Part shown: piece after piece, positions 60,228 to 64,000 of the stretch
Position numbering within the stretch: the first letter of the stretch is position 1
How the letters are laid out: each line of letters starts with the position of its first letter
DNA from: Candidatus Cloacimonadales bacterium
GTDB lineage: Bacteria; Cloacimonadota; Cloacimonadia; Cloacimonadales; JAFGVF01
Length of the DNA: 64,000 nt
NCBI GenBank assembly: GCA_963662585.1
Contig: OY759729.1
Location: forward strand, 1,312,001-1,376,000
Direction: 5' to 3'
Translations under genes and position numbers: made by a program
The notes under the pieces: model-generated
Seen by the model: only the letters and a program-made list of their open reading frames with translations
The model's database searches: none
What the model was told of the DNA's origin: nothing

Positions 60228-60991
60228 GGATAGATTATATTTGGTTTCAGAGTTAAGGGATTAGTTACTACACCTAGCTCAATATCAAAAAGCCGAGCTA
60301 GGTTCTTAGTTGTTATTACTTCTTCTGGATTTCCATCTGCGATTAATTCACCACCCTTTAAAGCAATCATTCTCTGAGAATAGTTAGCTGATAAATTAAT
60401 ATTATGAGAGACCATTATGATAGATTTACCTTTTTCAGTATGCAGGGATTTCATAATGTTTAGTATCTCTACTTGATGATTTATATCTAAATGGGAAAAT
60501 GTTTCATCTAAGAGAATATAGTCTGAATCCTGAGCAATAGCTCTGGCTATTAGAGTTCTTTGTTTTTCTCCACCACTTAATTGATTAATGTATTTGTGGC
60601 GAAGCTGCTGTAAATCTAAATCTTGGATTATCTTCTCTACAATTTCTCTATCTTTGGTGGAGTAGTTTTGCCAAAGGGAAATAAAAGGAAACCTACCCAT
60701 GAGAATTATTTCTTCTACAGTGAAGTTATACTGAATAAAATTCTCTTGAGGGATGTAGGTAACAATCTTGGCTAACTCTTGTTGTGACCATTTATCCACT
60801 CTCTTTCCTGAAATGGTGATTTCTCCACTTTCAGCCTTCATAAAACCGTTGATGAGCTTTAAAAGTGTAGATTTACCTGCTCCATTAGGCCCTAAAATAG
60901 ACACAAATTCTGCTGGTGAGAAGTCTAAACTGAGATTTTTAAAGATCTCTTTATCTGAGTATCCTGCTTTAAGATTCTTAATGTGTATCAT
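60224..60991 (-). CDS. ABC transporter ATP-binding protein (BtuD/FecE type)
   Basis: Likely start MIHIKNL at 60991; GPNGAGKST, LSGGEKQR, LLDE...HLD, SHNIN. Confidence 0.9.
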   Translation of the reverse strand: MIHIKNLKAGYSDKEIFKNLSLDFSPAEFVSILGPNGAGKSTLLKLINGFMKAESGEITISGKRVDKWSQQELAKIVTYIPQENFIQYNFTVEEIILMGRFPFISLWQNYSTKDREIVEKIIQDLDLQQLRHKYINQLSGGEKQRTLIARAIAQDSDYILLDETFSHLDINHQVEILNIMKSLHTEKGKSIIMVSHNINLSANYSQRMIALKGGELIADGNPEEVITTKNLARLFDIELGVVTNPLTLKPNIIYP

Positions 60992-61103
60992 TCTTCCTCT
61001 GATATTTTTACTTGTGTAACTCAAATAGTTTAGTTGTAGTTTTTCTTTATTCTTTTATTGAAGAATCTCCGTTATATTTGATCGTACTTCGCAATCATTA
61101 CGG

Positions 61104-61260
61104 ACTCATTGGCAGGTTTCCTGACTTGTAGCGAGTAATATTTATAAGTGCCTTCCCGGGTAATTATCCAGTGACTCTTAATACTCATAATTGCTACTTA
61201 CAGTGGCGAAGACCGTTCCCGATTCTAACGGGATTCCCTTTTACTCTTGCACCAGTGAGT
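61104..61260 (-). ncRNA. Cobalamin riboswitch
   Basis: Minus strand ACTCACTGGTGC...AAAAGGGAATCCCGTTAGAATCGGGAACGG...GCCACTGTAA...GGGAAGGC...AGTCAGGAAACCTGCCAATGAGT (B12 box; P1 closes); upstream of a btuB-like gene. Confidence 0.92.
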
Positions 61261-61276
61261 TACACATTTTACTACT

Positions 61277-61304
61277 AAGTTATTTTTTAGAGCTTTACTG
61301 TCAA
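61277..61304 (-). promoter_or_regulatory. Sigma70-type promoter for the riboswitch leader
   Basis: TTGACA-N16-TAACTT just upstream of the riboswitch. Confidence 0.5.
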
Positions 61305-61378
61305 TAGAATTTGAAAAAAAAATTGTTAAATAGAACAATATAGTTATTATTTATCTAACAAAGTAAGAGGTATTAATT

Positions 61379-62443
61379 ATGCAAAATGAATTCAATCAAG
61401 AGTTAAAGAGACTAATTGATGATATGAATAGCAGTTTAAGATCTGTGATTTTGGATAAACAGTTTGAGATTGCACCTTATACTAAAAGTGCAAATTCAGA
61501 AAAACGGCGTGAAGCAAGTTTGAAAGATATAGGCTATAATCTATCTTACCTAGCTCAGGCAATTGAATTAAATTCACCTGCACCATTTATCTCTTACTCC
61601 AAATGGTTGAAAGGCCTAATGCTAGATTTAGGATTTTCAATAACTTCTATTGTTGAAAATTTCGAAGCAATGAAGATTGTTCTTTTAGAAACTTTCCCAG
61701 TAGACTATCATCATATTATTGGAGAATATATAGATAAGGGACTTGAGGAGTTAATGAGAGAATATGTACCTGAATCAAGTTATATTGACCCTTCAAATCC
61801 TTATGGTAAATATGCTCTGGACTTTCTTTCTTTTGCATTAGCAGGCAAGAGACATGAAGCATCTAAATTGATTCTCTCCTTAGTGAAAAAGAGAATACCT
61901 ATTAAGACTATATATTTAGATATTTTGCAAAAAGTTCAATATGAGGTCGGGCACTTGTGGCATACAAACAAAGTAAGTATAGCCCAAGAACATTATATTA
62001 CCAGTTTAATTCAATTAGTTATTTCCCAATTATACCCTTATATTCTTAATCAAAACCCTAGCAATAAGACTTTAGTTGCAGCCTGTGTTAGTGGAGAATT
62101 ACATGAAATAGGCATAAGAATGTTGGCTGATATCTTTGAAATTGAGGGCTGGAATACTTGGTATTTAGGCTCTAATTTACCAGACAAAGAAATTGTTAAT
62201 ATGATTAAAGAAAAAAAACCAGATGTTATCGCCCTATCTGTTACCATAATGTTCCATTTAGATAAGCTAACAAAACTAATCAAGCAAATTAGAGATGCAG
62301 GTATCATGACACCTATTATGGTAGGTGGCTATCCTTTTAATCATGACGAGAATTTGTGGAAAAAAGTTGGTGCTGATGGTTGGGCAATGGACCCTGAACA
62401 TGCTCTCGAATATGCAGATCATTTAAAAACTTTAGTAGGATAA
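61379..62443 (+). CDS. Cobalamin-binding sensor protein (helical N-domain + B12-binding_2 + B12-binding Rossmann domain)
   Basis: VGHLWHTNKVSIAQEH (W-x9-EH), GELHEIG, YLGSNLP, IALSVT, MVGG, VGADG. Confidence 0.88.
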   Translation: MQNEFNQELKRLIDDMNSSLRSVILDKQFEIAPYTKSANSEKRREASLKDIGYNLSYLAQAIELNSPAPFISYSKWLKGLMLDLGFSITSIVENFEAMKIVLLETFPVDYHHIIGEYIDKGLEELMREYVPESSYIDPSNPYGKYALDFLSFALAGKRHEASKLILSLVKKRIPIKTIYLDILQKVQYEVGHLWHTNKVSIAQEHYITSLIQLVISQLYPYILNQNPSNKTLVAACVSGELHEIGIRMLADIFEIEGWNTWYLGSNLPDKEIVNMIKEKKPDVIALSVTIMFHLDKLTKLIKQIRDAGIMTPIMVGGYPFNHDENLWKKVGADGWAMDPEHALEYADHLKTLVG

Positions 62444-62453
62444 AACAACTATA

Positions 62454-63542
62454 ATGAGAAAAGCAATATTTGCCCTAAAATGTACAACTTTAGGTGTTAT
62501 AGATAAGATTATTTTTAACAATTCCAATAAGATAGATATTCATCCAGGACAGAAATTTGTTGAACTTTTCGATGAAGCAACTTATGAGAAAGCCCAAGCT
62601 TTCTTTCTACAGTCTAAAAAAACCGATGAATGCAGTTATTCTGAATATGAACTATTCGTTCCTACTAAGGAAGAATTTTGTTTGTTATATTTTAAAAGCC
62701 TGGCCGTTGATGACTACTACCTTATCATTGCTGAAGAAGAAGAGAATGATTATTATCAACTATTTGGTAGTTTGACAAGTATTAATAATGAGTTAATTCT
62801 CACCCAAAAAGCACTGAATAAAAAGAATAAAGAGCTTTTAGAAGTTAATGAATTAAAGAACCGTTTAGTAGGTGTGGCAGCTCATGACTTGAGAAATCCC
62901 ATCTCTGTAATTTATAGCTATAGTCAGTTACTGCTTGAAGATTGTAGAGATAAAGTAGAAGAAGATAATTATGAATTTATCGATAATATTAATTCTACAG
63001 CAAAATTCATGTTAAGTCTTGTAGAAGAATTATTGGATTTGACTTATTTAGAATCTGGTAAGGTAAGTCTAAAAACTGAGAATGTTGATTTCTGTGATCT
63101 TTTCGATGAAAATATAAAATATGCAATTACTTTAAGTGCAAAAAAGAATATTAAGATTGAGGCAAAAAAGCCAGAGTATGAAATATCGGTAAAAATAGAT
63201 AGAAATAAGATTCAGCAGGTAATTAGCAATTTTATCAGCAATGCAATTAAATATTCTGATCAGAACTCAAAAATAGTCATTGCCTGTGAAATAGTTAATA
63301 ATAATGTAATATTTTCATGTAAAGATGAAGGTTACGGCATTGATGATAAAGAATTTGACCTAATCTTCGAACCTTTCAAAAAAGCTAATTCAAGTCAGTA
63401 TATACAAGAGCAGTCAACAGGTTTAGGCCTAACAATATCCAAGCAAATCATTAAAGCCCATAATGGGAGTATCTGGTTAGAGAGTCAAGTTAATAAAGGC
63501 TCTACTTTCTATTTTTCTTTGCCCTTGTTAATGATTCCCTAG
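62454..63542 (+). CDS. Cytoplasmic sensor histidine kinase
   Basis: AAHDLRNP (H box), NFISNAIKY (N), DEGYGI (G1), IFEPF, STGLGL (G2); no TM helices. Confidence 0.93.
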   Translation: MRKAIFALKCTTLGVIDKIIFNNSNKIDIHPGQKFVELFDEATYEKAQAFFLQSKKTDECSYSEYELFVPTKEEFCLLYFKSLAVDDYYLIIAEEEENDYYQLFGSLTSINNELILTQKALNKKNKELLEVNELKNRLVGVAAHDLRNPISVIYSYSQLLLEDCRDKVEEDNYEFIDNINSTAKFMLSLVEELLDLTYLESGKVSLKTENVDFCDLFDENIKYAITLSAKKNIKIEAKKPEYEISVKIDRNKIQQVISNFISNAIKYSDQNSKIVIACEIVNNNVIFSCKDEGYGIDDKEFDLIFEPFKKANSSQYIQEQSTGLGLTISKQIIKAHNGSIWLESQVNKGSTFYFSLPLLMIP

Positions 63543-63620
63543 GCTATTTAAAAACATTTTACAATGAAATTACTTAAGAAGTGTATAATCAAAATTTACT
63601 TTCGGAGAACAAGAAAAATA

Positions 63621-63648
63621 TTGACACAGAATTAGTTTAACTTATTAT
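63621..63648 (+). promoter_or_regulatory. Sigma70-type promoter
   Basis: TTGACA-N16-TATTAT, 32 nt upstream of ATG 63681. Confidence 0.5.
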
Positions 63649-63680
63649 TATATTAAAAGAAACATATTGGTGGAATAGAT

Positions 63681-64000
63681 ATGGATAAAGATTTATATCA
63701 TGAATTAAAAGTATTATTAGATCTAAATAATTTTAAATTACGATCACTTATCTTAAAAAAACATTTTGAAATGTCTCCGGAGCTAACAATAAAGTACTCC
63801 GAAAAGCAAAAAAATTATTATTTAAGAGATATTGGGTTTAACTTATCTTATTTAGCCCAAGCAATTAATCTACAGTCACCTAATTTATTTAGTTCTTATT
63901 CTAAATGGTTGAAGAATTTAATGCAAAACTTGGGTGTTTCTCTTCCCACCTTAATTGCCAACTTTCAAGCAATGTCAGAAGTATTGAAAAATGAGTTTCC
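63681..64000 (+). CDS. Second paralog of the cobalamin-binding sensor (runs off the window end)
   Basis: Manual translation MDKDLYHELK...LRDIGFNLSYLAQAINLQSPNLFSSYSKWLKNLM aligns with LKDIGYNLSYLAQAIELNSPAPFISYSKWLKGLM of 61379..62443. Confidence 0.85.
   Translation, partial: MDKDLYHELKVLLDLNNFKLRSLILKKHFEMSPELTIKYSEKQKNYYLRDIGFNLSYLAQAINLQSPNLFSSYSKWLKNLMQNLGVSLPTLIANFQAMSEVLKNEF

Noticed and set aside
2477..62775. Numerous short antisense or alternate-frame ORFs (e.g. 11954, 21634, 25795, 27846, 35692, 36070, 44044, 45967, 57278, 59698, 62050)
   Set aside because: Shadow ORFs inside well-supported genes, with no independent motifs.

Overview
AT-rich anaerobic bacterial chromosome segment. 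The FlgD-Ig/T9SS-CTD-like secreted proteins, gingipain-like C25 protease, IleRS2, butyrate kinase and [FeFe]-hydrogenase maturases suggest Cloacimonadota or another FCB-group lineage; this taxonomy is inference. Housekeeping genes (tgt, rseP, ftcd, prfA, rpmE, ileS, alaS, buk, tmk, nadB, rimI) are interleaved with accessory loci. The standout is a tightly packed, visibly more AT-rich 7-gene operon (29764-39227, minus strand) between alaS and buk. It encodes a vWA lipoprotein, a small membrane protein, a divergent FtsZ/tubulin-like GTPase, a 1086-aa actin/Hsp70-fold ATPase fusion, a 2-TM coiled-coil protein and a ZorA/ZorB-like (MotA/MotB-OmpA) ion-motor pair. It is a candidate Zorya-like defence or membrane-remodelling system with cytoskeletal-type NTPases instead of nucleases, and a complete class IIC group II intron sits at its upstream edge behind the buk terminator. 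Other loci: a sigma54 regulator/promoter upstream of a secreted protein with six 68-aa acidic repeats next to a cyclase-STAND-TPR gene; a cobalamin-riboswitch uptake operon divergent from tandem B12-binding sensor genes and a histidine kinase; aspA-hydE-hydF; a broken lipoprotein/glycine-zipper gene with an immunity-like neighbour; 37-bp palindromic tandem repeats; an apparent ATT start for tgt; and a GIHH-motif IleRS2. All calls are by eye from motifs; no searches were run.
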